Counted from the first letter of the stretch, positions 11,691 to 26,426 are shown. The stretch: DNA of 64,000 bases from Eledone cirrhosa (GCA_964016885.1 OZ024758.1:24180001-24244000); one strand, 5' to 3'. Numbers and translations are program-made. The notes: generated by a model not told the origin, from the sequence alone.

Positions 11691-11768
11691 CAGAGTGGGT
11701 CATAAAAGTTCTCCCACATCTTTTTTTATAGCCCTTCAAAATGTGGGAGATCTTTATACCCCACCCTG
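11691..11768. mobile_element. Tc1/mariner-type mini-MITE
   Basis: TA-CAGAGTGGGTCATAAAAG ... CTTTATACCCCACCCTG-TA. Confidence 0.7.
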
Positions 11769-12208
11769 TATAACAAGACATCCAATCTGACATTTTGTGA
11801 CATCTGTGATTTATACTTCCAAATTCGTAGCCCTCATCCCCTCTTCGCTCGCGAATGATCATGGTCTTGCACCTGTAAAGTTGCCCTCTGGGGCACAAGT
11901 CCGGGCAAGGTGTATGGAAGATGAACAGTCGCCCATTGACGCCCGTCTCCCCTCTCCACGCCACCAATGTTATCCAAGGGAAAAGGCAATGAACGATATA
12001 GCTTGGCACCAGTGACGTCGCAACTCATTTTAACAGCTGAGTGAACAGGAGCAACGTGAAATAAAGTTTCTTGTTCAAGAGCAGAACACACCACCTGGTC
12101 TGGGATTCGAACTCACAACCTTACAACTGTAAGCTCAACGCTCTATCTAACTACTAAGCCACGCACCTTCTATATTAATAATTGAATAAATCTGAAACTA
12201 TGAGAGGA

Positions 12209-12596
12209 ATTCCAAATTTCCAATCTATGTTCAGTGATATTGACTTCCATAAAAAAAATTGTTTCTACGTTAGGCACAAGGCCAGCAATTACCCAGTGTA
12301 TTACTGGTACTTTATTTTATCGACCCCGTAAGGATGAAAGGCAAAGTTAACCTCGGCGGGATTTGAACTCAGAATGGCAAGGGCCGTAACTATGCGCCAA
12401 AGCATGGCATCGGCGCATAGAGTTCAAATCCCGCCGAGGTTAACTTTGCCTTTCATTCATCTTTCATCCTTTAGGGGTCGATAAAATAAATTACCAGTAA
12501 TGCACTGGGTAATTGCTGGCCTTGTGCCTAACGTAGAAACAATTATTTTTTATGGAAGTCAATATCACTGAACATAAATAGATTGGAAATTTGGAA
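12209..12596. repeat. Fold-back palindrome of SINE A plus unique flank
   Basis: Inverted identity extends about 50 bp outside the SINE. Confidence 0.85.
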
Positions 12597-13908
12597 AAAT
12601 AATAGATATATATTTATATTGAACATGTACATGTCGGAGTATGGAATTATATAACAAGAAATTGATGAAAATCTCACATTTAACGACACTTCCATAATTT
12701 CTATTATATCTCGTACGTAATAATTTATTCTTTGCATAAGATTTATTTGTGATGTTGGTTCTTTTTGTTAACATTGAAATATTTCTATTATGTATTCAAT
12801 CAGTCAGTCCTGATACATAAGGAACAGTATTATAGATCGTTGGACGCCATGCTTTGTAGCATAGAGTTGCGGCCCTTTATGATCTGAGTTCAAATCCCGC
12901 CGAAGTTAACTTTGCCTTTCATCCTTACGGGGTCGATAAAATAAAGTACCAGTAATACACTGGGGTAATTGCTGGTCTTGTGCCAAAAGTAGAAACAATT
13001 ATTTTATCGATCCCCTCGGTGGGATGTGAATTCAAAACGCAAAGGGACGTAACTATGCCACAGAGCATCTTGTCCGGCGCTCTACCGATGATTCACATTC
13101 AATCTATTCCTCCTCCCATAAAATTGTTGGCCTTTAGCCTAAATTAGAAATCGTTATTTCTACTGTTAGTATACTATATCATACATGATCGATTATAACC
13201 CGCTCTGGTTGCCATCAAATTAAAGGAACCACAGCTAAACCTATCTTTAAACTAACATCGTAGTCGAGTTTTCTAAACTTAATCGATTTTTCATAATCAG
13301 TTATATCCATTAATCACGAATGGTAGGACTAAAAGCATCTTTAAGAAAAGGTAGATTGTATGTTGTAACGTCACGAGCTTTGATAAAAGTGTTTTTAGTG
13401 ACATACGAATGGCAGGATTTAATTGGTCGAAACAACACAAAAGGATCGATCGACTTTCGTCAAATCGGACCGAGGAAACAATGTTTCCGTTGGTCTTTCC
13501 AGTTGCTAGTACTATCTATCGGTCGCAACTCCAGGTAGAAGGAGCAACGTGAAATAAAGTGTCTTGCTCAAGGACATAACGCATCGCCCGGTTCAAGAAT
13601 CGAACTCACAACCTCAAGATTGTGAATCCAATTCTCTAACCATTCAGCCACACGCCTTCACTATATATCACTATATATATATATATATAACAACACAAAA
13701 AAGGATAGAAAAATCCAGAATAAGATCTTATCTTATTGTTCTGGTTCTTCTGACAACATTCTGCACTATCTGAGAAGATGGCGGCCATGGCTGCGTTTGG
13801 TCTACATTCTCGTGAAAAGAGAGAGCATCGTTGATGGAGTTACTTCGATAACTAATTGATGAAAAGAACAAACAACGACCTTTTCTGACACCAAGTCATG
13901 CCCGATTA

Positions 13909-14620
13909 TGAGTGAGTGGTAGAGGGGAAGAGTGAGAGTGAGTGGTAGAGGGGAAGAGTGAGAGTGAGTGGTAGAGGGGAAGAGTGAGAGTGAGTGGTAG
14001 AGGGGAAGAGTGAGAGAGAAAGGTGAGAGAGAAAGGTGAGAGATAAAGAGAAAAAAAGAGGGAGGGAGAAAGCGAAAGAGGGAAAGACGGAGAAAGCGAA
14101 TGAGGAAAAGGGAGGGAAATAGAAAGAGAGAAGGAGGGAAATAGAAAGAGAGAGAGAGAGAGAAAGATAGAAAGAGAAAGAGAGAGAGAGAAAGAGAGAG
14201 AAAGAGAAGAGAGAGAGAAAGAGAAGAGAGAGAGAAAGAGAGAGGGAAAGAGAGAGGGAAAGAGAGAGGGAAAGAGAGAGGGAAAGAGAGAGGGAAAGAG
14301 AGGGGGAAAGAGAGGGGGAAAGAGAGGGAAAGAGAGAGGGAAAGAGAGAGGGAAAGAGAGGGAAAGAGAAGCAGGGAGGAAGAGGAAGAGTGGGAGAGAA
14401 GCAGGGAGGAAGAGGAAGAGTGGGAGAGAAGCAGGGAGGAAGAGGAAGAGTGGGAGAGAAGGAGTGAGAAAGAGAGAAAAATGGAGAAAGAAAGAAAGAG
14501 AAAAATGGAGAAAGAGAGAAAGAGAAAAATGGAGAAAGAGAGAAAGAGAAAAATGAAGAAAGAGAGAAAGAGAAAAATGGAGAAAGAAAGAAAGAGAGAG
14601 AGAAAGGGAGAGGCGGAGGA
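13909..14620. repeat. Polypurine (GA-rich) compound tandem repeat
   Basis: Direct inspection. Confidence 0.95.
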
Positions 14621-15902
14621 GATAAAACATCTGAAACAGGTACGAAAACTGAGTGACGAAATCAGGTGAAAATAGAGTCACTACTTCATATGTTACAGCA
14701 ATATTTTAATTCGTTAAAATAGCGAAGAATTCTTTTCTTTCATTTTGTTTTTTATTATTCTGGAAAATTCAGCAGAAACACAAAAGATAATTAAAGCAGC
14801 TGGCAAGAATTGTATTACTAGTCATCCATTATACACACTTGCGTGTTTGAATCATCATCGAGTGGGTTTATCTTTATAGACTTTCATGTTTATGGTTTTA
14901 ACATCGATGTTTCGTACTACTGATTTAAGTAAGCATACGTACATATAAGGCGGTGAATTGGCAGAGTCGTTAGAACGTCGGATAGAATGCTTTATGGTAT
15001 TTGTTCTCGCTCTCTGTTCTCGGAGTTCAAATCCCACTGAGGGCAATGTTGTCTTTCATCCTTTCGGGGTCGATAAAAAATGTACCAGTCTAGTACTGGG
15101 GTCGATTCTTCCTCTATATCTCTCTCTCATTTCCTCTCTCTCTCACTTCCTCTGGAAGAAATCTGCTGGAGAGAGATGGGCTCCGCCAGGCTTAAAATAC
15201 ATACATACATACATACATATATACATACATGGTGGCTGCCAACTCGTTTTCGAGTACGGCCACTACTTTATATCCATGTAGGAGAACCCCTACCGATGTG
15301 CTGAACGAGTGTGACTTTTTAGTCCAGCCAGCGACTTGAAAACTCTGATACAAACACTACACCTGTGACAATTATTGACACATAGTGCTGGGCCCATGGT
15401 ACCATGTGACGACAAGTGCAGAGAGATCTCCAGTTACAAAGCAATGCCTGTGCCGTGAAGCTTTTATAGTGAGCAAAGGCACTGCACAAAGCCAGTCCCA
15501 CTCTCTTAACCAAGATGATATTTACCAAAAAGAAGAACAAGTCAACATCATTTGATACCATCAGGGTTGCAGGTGTTATATCAGAGTTTTCCTTCTAGAA
15601 TTCTGCCTTGACAAAGGCTAAGGGGTCATCTCTCCCGTACATACATACATACATACATACATACATACATACATCTTATCACAGCTTTACTAATTCCAAG
15701 GCAAAGAGACTTAACTCTCATTGGTACTCCCCTATCTACAAATATGTACTTTGAGGGAATACAATTCAACGCTTTAAAAAATATTGTATAACAATGCGCG
15801 TCACCTTGCAGTAGGGATATCAGTCTCTATTGCAAATACAACTTAATTACGAGGTACACTCAAGAGGTTTTGAGACTTTTATCAGAGAGACATATCAATG
15901 CT

Positions 15903-16616
15903 TTCTGAGTTCAAGTTCCGCCGAGGTCAGCTTTGCCATTCATCCTTTCGAGGTTGATAAAAAAAAGTACCAGTTTAGTACTGGAGTCGATTCTTCCTCT
16001 ATATCTTTTTCTCATTTCCTCTCTCTCATTTTTTATCTTTCTCTGGAAGAAATCTGCTGTAGTCAGGCCTGGGGAGGGATGGACTCCGCCAGGCTTTAAA
16101 AAAAAATGCCCCAGAAACGCCGTATGTTAATACGGCGCTCCTACGACTATCAGGAGTTACGGGACCATACATACAACATGCATATAGTCCTGAAGAAGTT
16201 CAAAATATAAAACATGACTAAATTTGCTGAACATACCATACAGAAAACAACTGTAATAATGTTTAGCCATGTATGGTATGGTATGGTATGGTATGGACCG
16301 TAACTGAAGAGTCGCAGGGCCGCCATATTGACATACGATGTTTCTGGGGTATTTTAAGCCTGGCGGAGCCCATCCCCCTCTCCCCAGGTCTGAGTACAGC
16401 AGATTTCTTCCAGAGAAAGATAGAAAATGAGAGAGAGGGAGTGAGAAAGAGATATAGAGGAAGAATCTACCCCAGTACTAGACTGGTACTTTTTTTTATC
16501 GACCTCGAAAGGATGAAAGGCAAAGCTGACCTCGGCGGGATTTGAACTCAGAGAGTCGGAACGACTACCTCAAAGCATTCTACCTGACGTTCTAACGACT
16601 CTGCCAATTTGCCGCC
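15903..16616. mobile_element. Two long SINE family C copies tail-to-tail; tails end in (CCATA)n-like repeats
   Basis: SINE A-like head plus gattcttcctctatatc...ctggaagaaatctgc...cgccagg body; other copies at 14949-15196, 19250-19514, 29446-29690, 29820-29982. Confidence 0.8.
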
Positions 16617-16930
16617 TATATACAATGATATATAAGGTTTAAAAATTCTTTTATTGACCTCGAAAGGATGTAAGGCAAAGTTAACCTCGGCGTGATTTGA
16701 ACTCACAAAGCAGAGAGTCGGAATGAATAACAAAGCATTCTACCTGACGTTCTAACGACTGCCAATTTGCCGCCTATATACAATGATATATAAGGTTTAA
16801 AAATTCTTTTATTGACCTCGAAAGGATGTAAGGCAAAGTTAACCTCGGCGTGATTTGAACTCACAAAGCAGAGAGTCGGAATGAATAACAAAGCATTCTA
16901 CCTGACGCTCTAACGACTCTGCCAATTCGC
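16545..16930 (-). repeat. About 155-bp tandem duplication of SINE head plus flank
   Basis: Two near-identical ORFs at 16548 and 16703 in the track. Confidence 0.85.
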
Positions 16931-17134
16931 TGCCTACCTAGCCATGTACCAGTTCTCAATACCAGCCATGGTTGAATTTACCGAACATACCATACCAGAA
17001 AACAACTGTAATAATTGTTTCTACTTTTGGCACAAGGCCAGCAATTATCCCAGTCCTTAATTGGTACTTTATTTTATAGATCCCGTAAGAATGAAAGACA
17101 AAGCTAACCACGGCATAATGTTTATAGATTATCG

Positions 17135-17320
17135 GGTGGATTGGCAGTATCGGTAGAGGCTCGGACGCCATGCTTTCCAGCATAGTTACGTCCCTTTACG
17201 ATCTGAGTTCAAATCCCGCCGAGGTTGACTTTGCCTTTCATCCTTACGGGGTCGATAAAATAAAAGTACCAGTAATGCACTGGGTAATTGCTGGCCCTGT
17301 GCCTAAAGTAGAAACAATTA
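17135..17320 (+). mobile_element. SINE A
   Basis: Full-length match to family A. Confidence 0.85.
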
Positions 17321-19519
17321 TCGGTTTAGCGCTTGTAAATGGTAGAATAGACTGCTTAATTAAATGATTTGTGATATTTTCGTTACGTTCCTTTAAAGTT
17401 AGACCTCAACTCCCATCGGGGTCAACAAACTTGGTGAAATAATGTGTATACATGTGGAGGTGGTGTGGAGGGGGGGGGGGGGCGTATGTGTGTGTGTGTG
17501 CATTTATATATATATAGAGAGAGAGAGATAGATAAACGGACAGGCACATAAATGTGTGTGTGTATGTTTGTATGTAATTATGTGTGCACGGGTATTCATA
17601 TAACCATCCGAACGGCCTGGTGTAATTTTAAACTAAACGAATTCTTGCCCGCTGTTCGCCATAATGATGTAGTGAATTGCTTGAGATTATGACAAGAAAA
17701 ATCAGCAGCATAAAGAAACACATTTGTAACTGCCACTCTGTTGTGATTTATATGCCTGCCATCTAATTCTAACATGTACAATTTGGTTTAGTAGCAGCAT
17801 TATAAATGGAAGTTTTTTTAGATTTAATCTGAGTGGAAAAACCTGAGATGTCAGCTTCACACTATGCTAAATATTACAATAGAATATAAAGAGAAGCTGG
17901 CTGGCATTTGTTGTTGATAAGACTTTGAAAGAGGTTGAGGTTGACCTTTATAATGTAAGCTGGAAATGAGTTTTATTTTAAAATATCTATCATCTGTTTA
18001 TTCCGTGTTGACATGGGTTGTATGAAACTGCAAATTCTAAAGTTACAGTTTCTAACGCCAGATACTCCATTATGTTGTAGCAAGTATATATATATATACG
18101 TAAATAAGACCGTTATTGCACCAATCAATACACACATACTTAGTAAATACCCTAAGCCGAACGCTAACCTGCTCAACCAAACTGCGACCCACCTTGCAAA
18201 TTCGGCACACGAAACGCGGACCACCCACCTTCCCAAGCTTGACATACCGAACCGAACCACAATGATCACCAAATGGGGAAGACGTGTTATTAATGTTGTT
18301 GTTATTGTTGTTTTCCCCTCGGGTAGCTTTATCAAATGAAGCGCTATTTCTGTTCAGTTACCAAAGACTTTCTTTAATTTCGCTTGTGTTACATTATAAA
18401 CAATGTAAAATAAAAAAAAAAACAGTAAAATAAAAACAGTGAAAACGGAAGGGCAGTGAGACATGTACATGCGCGAACTAAGTGTAATAACTGAACAAGG
18501 AATCGATTCCGGAAACTGCATGGGAAACTCAGTAAGCGAAAACTAACATCCGTTAAATTATATTTACGCTGTACAATGGAAGTTGGTGAAATAGCTGAAG
18601 GGGGTGAAATAGCTGAAGGGGGTGAAATAGCTGAAGGGGGTGAAATAGCTGAGTGGATAAAACATTGAACTATTGGATCATTTGTCATGAGTAATTTCCT
18701 CTTCAGGTATTTCGTTTCGCCTTAATTATACACATTTTAGTTCACGTAGTAACAGGTGTTCTAGATATCTTGCTTGATGATAGATTAATTGCTTAGGCTG
18801 ATAAATTTCATACCCTATCCATTTAATAGCAGGGGAGAAAAATAAAGGATACTAAATCGTACTTTCTTGCCAAAGGGCAACACTTAGAGGAATGGGACCC
18901 TGGTTATCGGAATTTCTGCTTTTTATCCTTTTCTCCTCCGTTGATAAATCTGGCAGAATTTGAACTTACCACTGCACACACTACATACGAACAAATGAAA
19001 GACTCATTAAGTGGTTGTTCGACTTGCTAGAGATAGCTGTGAAATGTCCCCCGATTTAGAAATATAATTGTTTCTACTTTTGGCACAAGGCCAGCAATTA
19101 CCCAGTGCATTACTGGTACTTTATTTTATCGACCTCGTAAGGATGAAAGGCAAAGTTAACTTCGGCGGGATTTGAACTCAGAATGGCAAGGGCCGTAACT
19201 CTATGCGTCAAAGCATGGCGTCCGACCCTCTACCGGATTGCATGCATGGCTCTGTAACTCCTGATAGAGTCGTAAGGGTAGGTCTGAGTACAGCAGATTT
19301 CTTCCAGAGGATGATTGAAAGTGAGAGAAAGAAAGCAAGAAAGAGATATAGAGGAAGAATCGACCCCAGTACTAGACTGGTACTTTTTTTTATCGAACTT
19401 GAATAGATGATAGGCAAAGTTGACCTCGGCGGGATTTGAACTCAGAGAGCAGAAATGAAACGAATACTACAAAGCATTCTATCCGACGTTCTAGCGACTC
19501 TGTTAATTCGCCGGCTACG

Positions 19520-20093
19520 ATCCTAGATATTCTAATCCTAGATATTCTAACCCTAGATATTCTAACCCTAGATATTCTAACCCTAGATATTCTAACCCTA
19601 GATATTCTAACCCTAGATATACTAACCCTAGATATACTAACCCTAGATATACTAATCCTAGATATACTAATCCTAGATATTCTAACCCTAGATATTCTAA
19701 CCCTAGATATACTAATCCTAGATATTCTAACCCTAGATATTCTAACCCTAGATATTCTAATCCTAGATATACTAATCCTAGATATACTAATCCTAGATAT
19801 TCTAACCCTAGATATACTAATCCTAGATATACTAATCCTAGATATACTAATCCTAGATATACTAATCCTAGATATACTAATCCTAGATATACTAATCCTA
19901 GATATACTAATCCTAGATATACTAATCCTAGATATACTAATCCTAGATATACTAATCCTAGATATACTAATCCTAGATATACTAATCCTAGATATACTAA
20001 TCCTAGATATACTAATCCTAGATATTCTAATCCTAGATATACTAATCCTAGATATACTAATCCTAGATATTCTAATCCTAGATATACTAATCC
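19520..20093. repeat. 15-bp minisatellite (cctagatat[a/t]ctaa[t/c])
   Basis: Direct inspection. Confidence 0.95.
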
Positions 20094-20875
20094 TGAAAAG
20101 AAAAGATGTGATAATCGTGACTGTAATGTCATAGATCATTGGTTTGGTCTGTTTGGGTTGAGCTGGGGTGAAACAGTAGCAAGTAAACCTGGGATTGACT
20201 TAATTGGATTTGGTGATTCGCAACATCTCTTGACTGAAACCTCGAGTATAATGTATCTTCATTTAAATAAAAATGTAATGTGTTTATTTGGACATTACAT
20301 GGTGGTGATTGTGATTTATGAGCACTCTTCCCAGAAGAAACCATTTTCTTTCAATTATAGAAGGAAATTAGTGATGCAAACTAAAAGATTATAAAATAAA
20401 AGGAAATGGAATTAGACTTTCACACTACACTTCGAAACCATTTTGAGATTTCTTGTAATTTAAAAATCTTCATTATCTGTAATGGTAGACGGGAGGATAG
20501 GAACATGATTCCATTATACTGTAATAATTATTTCTACTTTAGGCACAAGGCCAGCAATTTGAAGGGAAAGGGAAAGTCGATGATTAAATCGACCCCAGTA
20601 CATTACTGGTACTTTATTTTATCGACCCCCGTAAGGATGAAAGGCAAAGCTAACCTTGGTGGGATTTGAACTCAGAACTTAAAGAGCCGTAACTATGCCG
20701 CGAAGCATGTAGTCCGACGCTCTACCGATTCTGTCAATTCACCACCCTTGTAGTAATTAAAACCACAAAAGTAATTATGGTGGCTGAGTCAGTGCAGCAT
20801 CAAATAAGATGTAACTAGCTTTAATAACTAATTTTTCTGAATCGAATACCACTAAGATTGGCTTTGCTTCTCTCG

Positions 20876-20907
<32 letters not shown>

Positions 20908-21082
20908 AAGACAGCATATATATGTGAAGGTATGTATATTTCCTCTGATAGTTTGTAATATTTTTACATAGATCTATATGATATACATACCAACACACAT
21001 ATATATCCTAGAAACGATCGTAAAATGATGAATTTTTTAATATAAGGAACTTGTTCTTTGTTTTTATTCATTGTTTTTATTA

Positions 21083-21124
<42 letters not shown>

Positions 21125-21321
21125 ATTTTTCCCTAGATTTCACTAAATTCTGTTGGATAAATCTATATCCCGATTCTTTTCGAATTGAGTTTGAATTATT
21201 TTTCCCACATCTTACGTTAACTATTTTCCCATTTTGACGCTATAGTCACTTATATATTATGGTATACTGTTGGCTTCTTGCTACAATACTTTCTATACCT
21301 TTCATTTATATATATATATAT

Positions 21322-21616
21322 TTGAAAAGGGAAGTAAGGTTCTATACAAAACAGTGGTTATAGAGAAAAGGCGAGATGGGAAATAGCAGGGAAATATATA
21401 TTTAAGGGTCAGTTTTTTTTTTCTTTTCTTTGATTCATCAAAATGACATTATTGAAAATTGAGAGGGACAATTCTTTTAAAAAAGTGTTTTATAAGGAAG
21501 TGTGTAGTCTTGATAAACGCCAACAAGCGAGAAACAGACTGTCATATTTTATATACATTATAAAACCTTTTTTAAATGAATTGTCCCTCTCATTTTTTCA
21601 ATAATATCACTTTCAC

Positions 21617-21618
<2 letters not shown>
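21322..21618. mobile_element. Fold-back element in (TA)n with degenerate hammerhead-like loop
   Basis: Arms 21444-21495/21558-21609; TTGATAA-aCGC..GCGa-GAAAC-AGACT-GTC at 21510-21543. Confidence 0.5.
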
Positions 21619-21660
<42 letters not shown>

Positions 21661-21697
21661 ATATGTGTATATATATATGTGTGTGTGGGGGGGGGTA

Positions 21698-21801
21698 CAC
21701 TTAAGTAGGTAGAGAAGATCATGTAACGTGGGGCCATTTTCATAAATGATGAAAGGCAGGAGGCTGGATTAAATGCAAGAATTGCTATAGCTGGTACAGC
21801 G
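21698..21801 (+). pseudogene. RTE-like LINE reverse transcriptase fragment
   Basis: TLK*VEKIM*RGAIFINDERQEAGLNARIAIAG resembles LKQVEKFKYLGxxFTxDGRxExEIxxRIxxA. Confidence 0.6.
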
Positions 21802-21945
21802 AATATAGACAACACCTGAGAATATAGACAACACCTGAGAATATAGACAACACCTGAGAATATAGACAACACCTGAGAATATAGACAACACCTGAGAATA
21901 TAGACAACACCTGAGAATATAGACAACACCTGAGAATATGGACAT
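21801..21945. repeat. 19-bp tandem repeat
   Basis: gaatatagacaacacctga, about 7 copies. Confidence 0.95.
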
Positions 21946-22061
21946 TACCTGCAATGGTAAATCTAATTTGCATACCACGCATACGTTTGACGACGTAAAT
22001 GAATAGATAATATTAATTGTTTCAAAGCATGGCGACCGACCCTCTACCGATACTAAGATAT

Positions 22062-22325
22062 AATTGTTTCTACTTTAGACACAAGGTCAGCAATTATCCC
22101 AGTACATTACTGGTACTTTATTTTATCGACCCCGTAAGGATGAAAGGCAAAGTTAACCTTGGCGGGATTTGAACTCAGAATGGCAAGGGCCGTAACTCTA
22201 TGCATCAAAGAATGGTGTCCAACACTCTACCGATACTGCCAATTCACCGCTCTATACTAAATAATTGTTTCTACTTTTGGCACAAGGACAGCAATTACCC
22301 AGTACATTACTGGTACTTTATTTTA
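22062..22325 (-). mobile_element. SINE A dimer fragment with the same junction as the 40.6-41.5 kb array
   Basis: ccaattcaccgctctatactaaataattg and tgcatcaaagaatggtgtcc diagnostic variants. Confidence 0.8.
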
Positions 22326-22511
22326 TGCGTCAAAGCATGAATGTTAATAAGGAGATTAATGGGATCGATAAAATAAAGTACCAGTAATGCACTGGGTAAT
22401 TGCTGGCCTTGTGCCGAAAGTAGAAACAATTAATAAGGAGAGGACCAGGAATGAATACCCGAGGAGAGAGTAAAGAATTGGTCATCAGACTTCTCAGCCT
22501 GCGTGCACATA

Positions 22512-22676
22512 CCGTATTTCCCGGCGTCGAAGACGCTACTTTTTTCCTAAAATAAGTCTCAAAAATCTACCATGTGTCCTGGAGGCCGAAGGTTGTTTTT
22601 TTATTTTTTTATTTTTGCTTGTCAAAATTAGGGTGCATCCTCGAGGACGAAGCGTCTTCGGCGCCGGGAAATATGG
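22512..22676. mobile_element. pogo/mariner-type MITE
   Basis: TA-CCGTATTTCCCGGCG ... CGCCGGGAAATATGG-TG. Confidence 0.75.
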
Positions 22677-22689
22677 TGCATACATACAT

Positions 22690-23520
22690 ACGTACTCGCA
22701 GTACGTATGTATACTCGCAGTACGTACGTACGCTCGGAGTACGTTTATATGCTCGCAGTACGTATATATGCTCGCAGTAGGGACGTATGATCGCAGTAAG
22801 TATATATGCTCGCAGTAAGTATATATGTTCGCAGTAGGTACGTATGCTCGCAGTACGTATATATGCTCGCAGTAGGTACGTATGCTCGCAGTACGTATAT
22901 ATGCTCGCAGTAGGTACGTATGCTCGCAGTAGGTACGTATGCTCGCAGTAGGTACGTATGCTCGCAGTAGGTACGTATGCTCGCAGTAGGGACGTATGAT
23001 CGCAGTAGGGACGTATGATCGCAGTAAGTATATATGCTCGCAGTAGGGACGTATGATCGCAGTAAGTATATATGCTCGCAGTAGGTACGTATGCTCGCAG
23101 TACGTATATATGCTCGCAGTACGTATATATGCTCGCAGTAGGTACGTATGCTCGCAGTAGGTACGTATGCTCGCAGTAGGTACGTATGCTCGCAGTAGGG
23201 ACGTATGCTCGCAGTAGGGACGTATGATCGCAGTAAGTATATATGCTCGCAGTAGGGACGTATGATCACAGTAAGTATATATGCTCGCAGTAGGGACGTA
23301 TGATCACAGTAAGTATATATGCTCGCAGTAGGTACGTATGCTCGCAGTACGTATATATGCTCGCAGTAGGTACGTATGGTCGCAGTATGTATATATACTC
23401 GCACTACATATGTATACTCGCACTACATATGTATACTCGCACTACATATGTATACATGCACTACATATGTATACTCGCACTACATATGTATACATGCACT
23501 ACATATGTATACCTGCAGAA
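22690..23520. repeat. 19-21-bp CpG-rich minisatellite (atgctcgcagtaggtacgt) grading into gcactacatatgtatactc
   Basis: Direct inspection. Confidence 0.9.
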
Positions 23521-23888
23521 CGTACGGATGCTTATAGTACTTATGTATACTTGCAGTACGTATCTATATTTATGGAAGTAAATCAAATGGAGACATTAAA
23601 TATTTATGCTTGAAGCTTTCGTATCTACTTAAGATACATATAATTACAGTTTTTAATATATATATATTAGAAGCCTGCGAAACGTAAACACTTCCACGTA
23701 ATCTCCCGTTCACAGACACCATAAAACATCGTTCTTATATATGTATTTGAGAGATTATTACCTCCCCATTAGAGAATAACTACACCTAAAATGCCATGTA
23801 TGGAAAAGGTTGTTATAGGAACGCTGTGTGACTTATAAAAATATAGAACATACAAATTAGACGGATAATTTCAGGTATGCTAAGACAA

Positions 23889-23891
<3 letters not shown>

Positions 23892-23933
<42 letters not shown>

Positions 23934-24525
23934 CAAATATATATTTATATATATATATACATATATATATATACATATATATATTTATATATGTATATAT
24001 ACATATATATATGCAAATATATATTTATATATATATATGCAAATATATATTTATATATATATATACAAATATATATTTATATATATATATACAAATATAT
24101 ATTTATATATATATATACAAATATATATTTATATATATATATACAAATATATATTTATATATATATATACAAATATATATTTATATATATATATACAAAT
24201 ATATATTTATATATATATATACAAATATATATTTATATATATATATACAAATATATATTTATATATATATATATACAAATATATATTTATATATATATAT
24301 ACAAATATATATTTATATATATATATACAAATATATATTTATATATATATATACAAATATATATTTATATATATATATACAAATATATATTTATATATAT
24401 ATATACAAATATATATTTATATATATATATATACAAATATATATTTATATATATATATATACAAATATATATTTATATATATATATACAAATATATATTT
24501 ATATATATATATACAAATATATATT

Positions 24526-24564
<39 letters not shown>

Positions 24565-24581
24565 ATATACAAATATATATT

Positions 24582-24655
<74 letters not shown>

Positions 24656-24892
24656 AATATATATATTTATATATATATATACAAATATATAGAAAAAGAA
24701 TGCAATAGTGAGAGATATTGATGAGAATTCGTCTTTCACCTTGAATTTATTTAAATGTCCTTGTATATATATTTATAAATATATAGACATGCATAGATAT
24801 ACAAATATATATAGGCATTCAAATAAAGAAATATATACATATATAGACAAGTGTATATATATATTAAAGGTATACATATACAAATATATATA

Positions 24893-24930
<38 letters not shown>

Positions 24931-25648
24931 TAGATACACACACACACACATATATATGCATAGATATACACATACACACATATGCATAGATATACACACA
25001 CACACATATGCATAGATATACACATATATATATATATATATATATATGCATAAATATACACACACACACATATATATATATATGCATAGATATACACACA
25101 CACATATATATATATATATATAGACATGCATACATATACGAATATATATAGGCATGCATACATAAAGAAATATATACATATATAGACGCGTATATATATA
25201 TATCAAAGGTGTACATATACAGATATATATATATATATATATGCATAGATATACACACACACACACATCTGTGCGTGTGTGTGCGTGTGTGTCTGTATGC
25301 ATATATATATTTGTATATGTCCACCTTTAATATATATATATATATACTTGTCTATATATGTATATATTTATTTCTGTATATTCTTTATGAATATATAATA
25401 TATATAATGTAGGAGGTGAGTTTTATTGTAGCACCATAAAGCAATGCAAATATCGAATAAGTGTTTTTTAAGCTTCATATCATGTCTCCCTATTTTATCT
25501 GATGGGAACGCAAATATCATCCCATGATGATATTTGTTTTTGAAATGCGCATAATAAAATACATGGAACTCTTTTAACCATATTTTGATTTTATATTATA
25601 TATATATATATATATATATAAATATATATAGACATGCATACATATACG

Positions 25649-25680
<32 letters not shown>

Positions 25681-25839
25681 TATATAGACATGCATACATA
25701 TACGAATATATATATATATATATAGACATGCATACATATGCAAATATATATATATAATATATATAAATATATAGACATGCATACATATACGAATATATAT
25801 AGGCATGTATACATAAAAGAAATATATACATATAGATAA

Positions 25840-25888
<49 letters not shown>

Positions 25889-26030
25889 TATCAAATATAC
25901 ATATATCAAATATACATATATATATACGCACATATATACACACACACAAAAAAAAATATATACACACATACATAAAAAATATATATATATACACACACAC
26001 ATAAAAAAAATATATATATATATACACACA

Positions 26031-26071
<41 letters not shown>

Positions 26072-26180
26072 TAAAAAAAAAATACATAGAAATATACACA
26101 CAAAGAAAAATATATATATATACACACACACACATAAAAAAAAAATATATATATATATATATGTATCTATACACACAGAC
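23892..26180. repeat. Compound (TA)n/(CA)n microsatellite field
   Basis: Direct inspection. Confidence 0.9.
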
Positions 26181-26237
26181 ACCCGCGTACATATAATACC
26201 ACGTGATGTTAGCTAATTCCCGCGGATTTCAACAAAA

Positions 26238-26426
26238 TAATTGTTTCTACTTTAGGCACAAGGCCAGCAATTACCCAGTGCATTACTGGTACTTTATTTT
26301 ATCGACCCCGTAAGGATGAAAGGCAAAGTCAACCTCGGCGGGATTTGAACTCAGATCGTAAAGGGACGTAACTACGCTGGAAAGCATGGTGTCCGACCCT
26401 CCACCGATACTGCCAATCCACCGCCT
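26238..26426 (-). mobile_element. SINE A with target-site duplication
   Basis: tcaacaaaataat on both sides. Confidence 0.85.

Noticed and set aside
18013-18339. 108-aa ORF ending TKWGRRV (LTR-retrotransposon pol tail-like)
   Set aside because: Motif too short, with no upstream integrase or LTR evidence
19390-20139. ISRIS / LDILI / GLVYL repeat ORFs
   Set aside because: A 15-bp tandem repeat that is open in several frames
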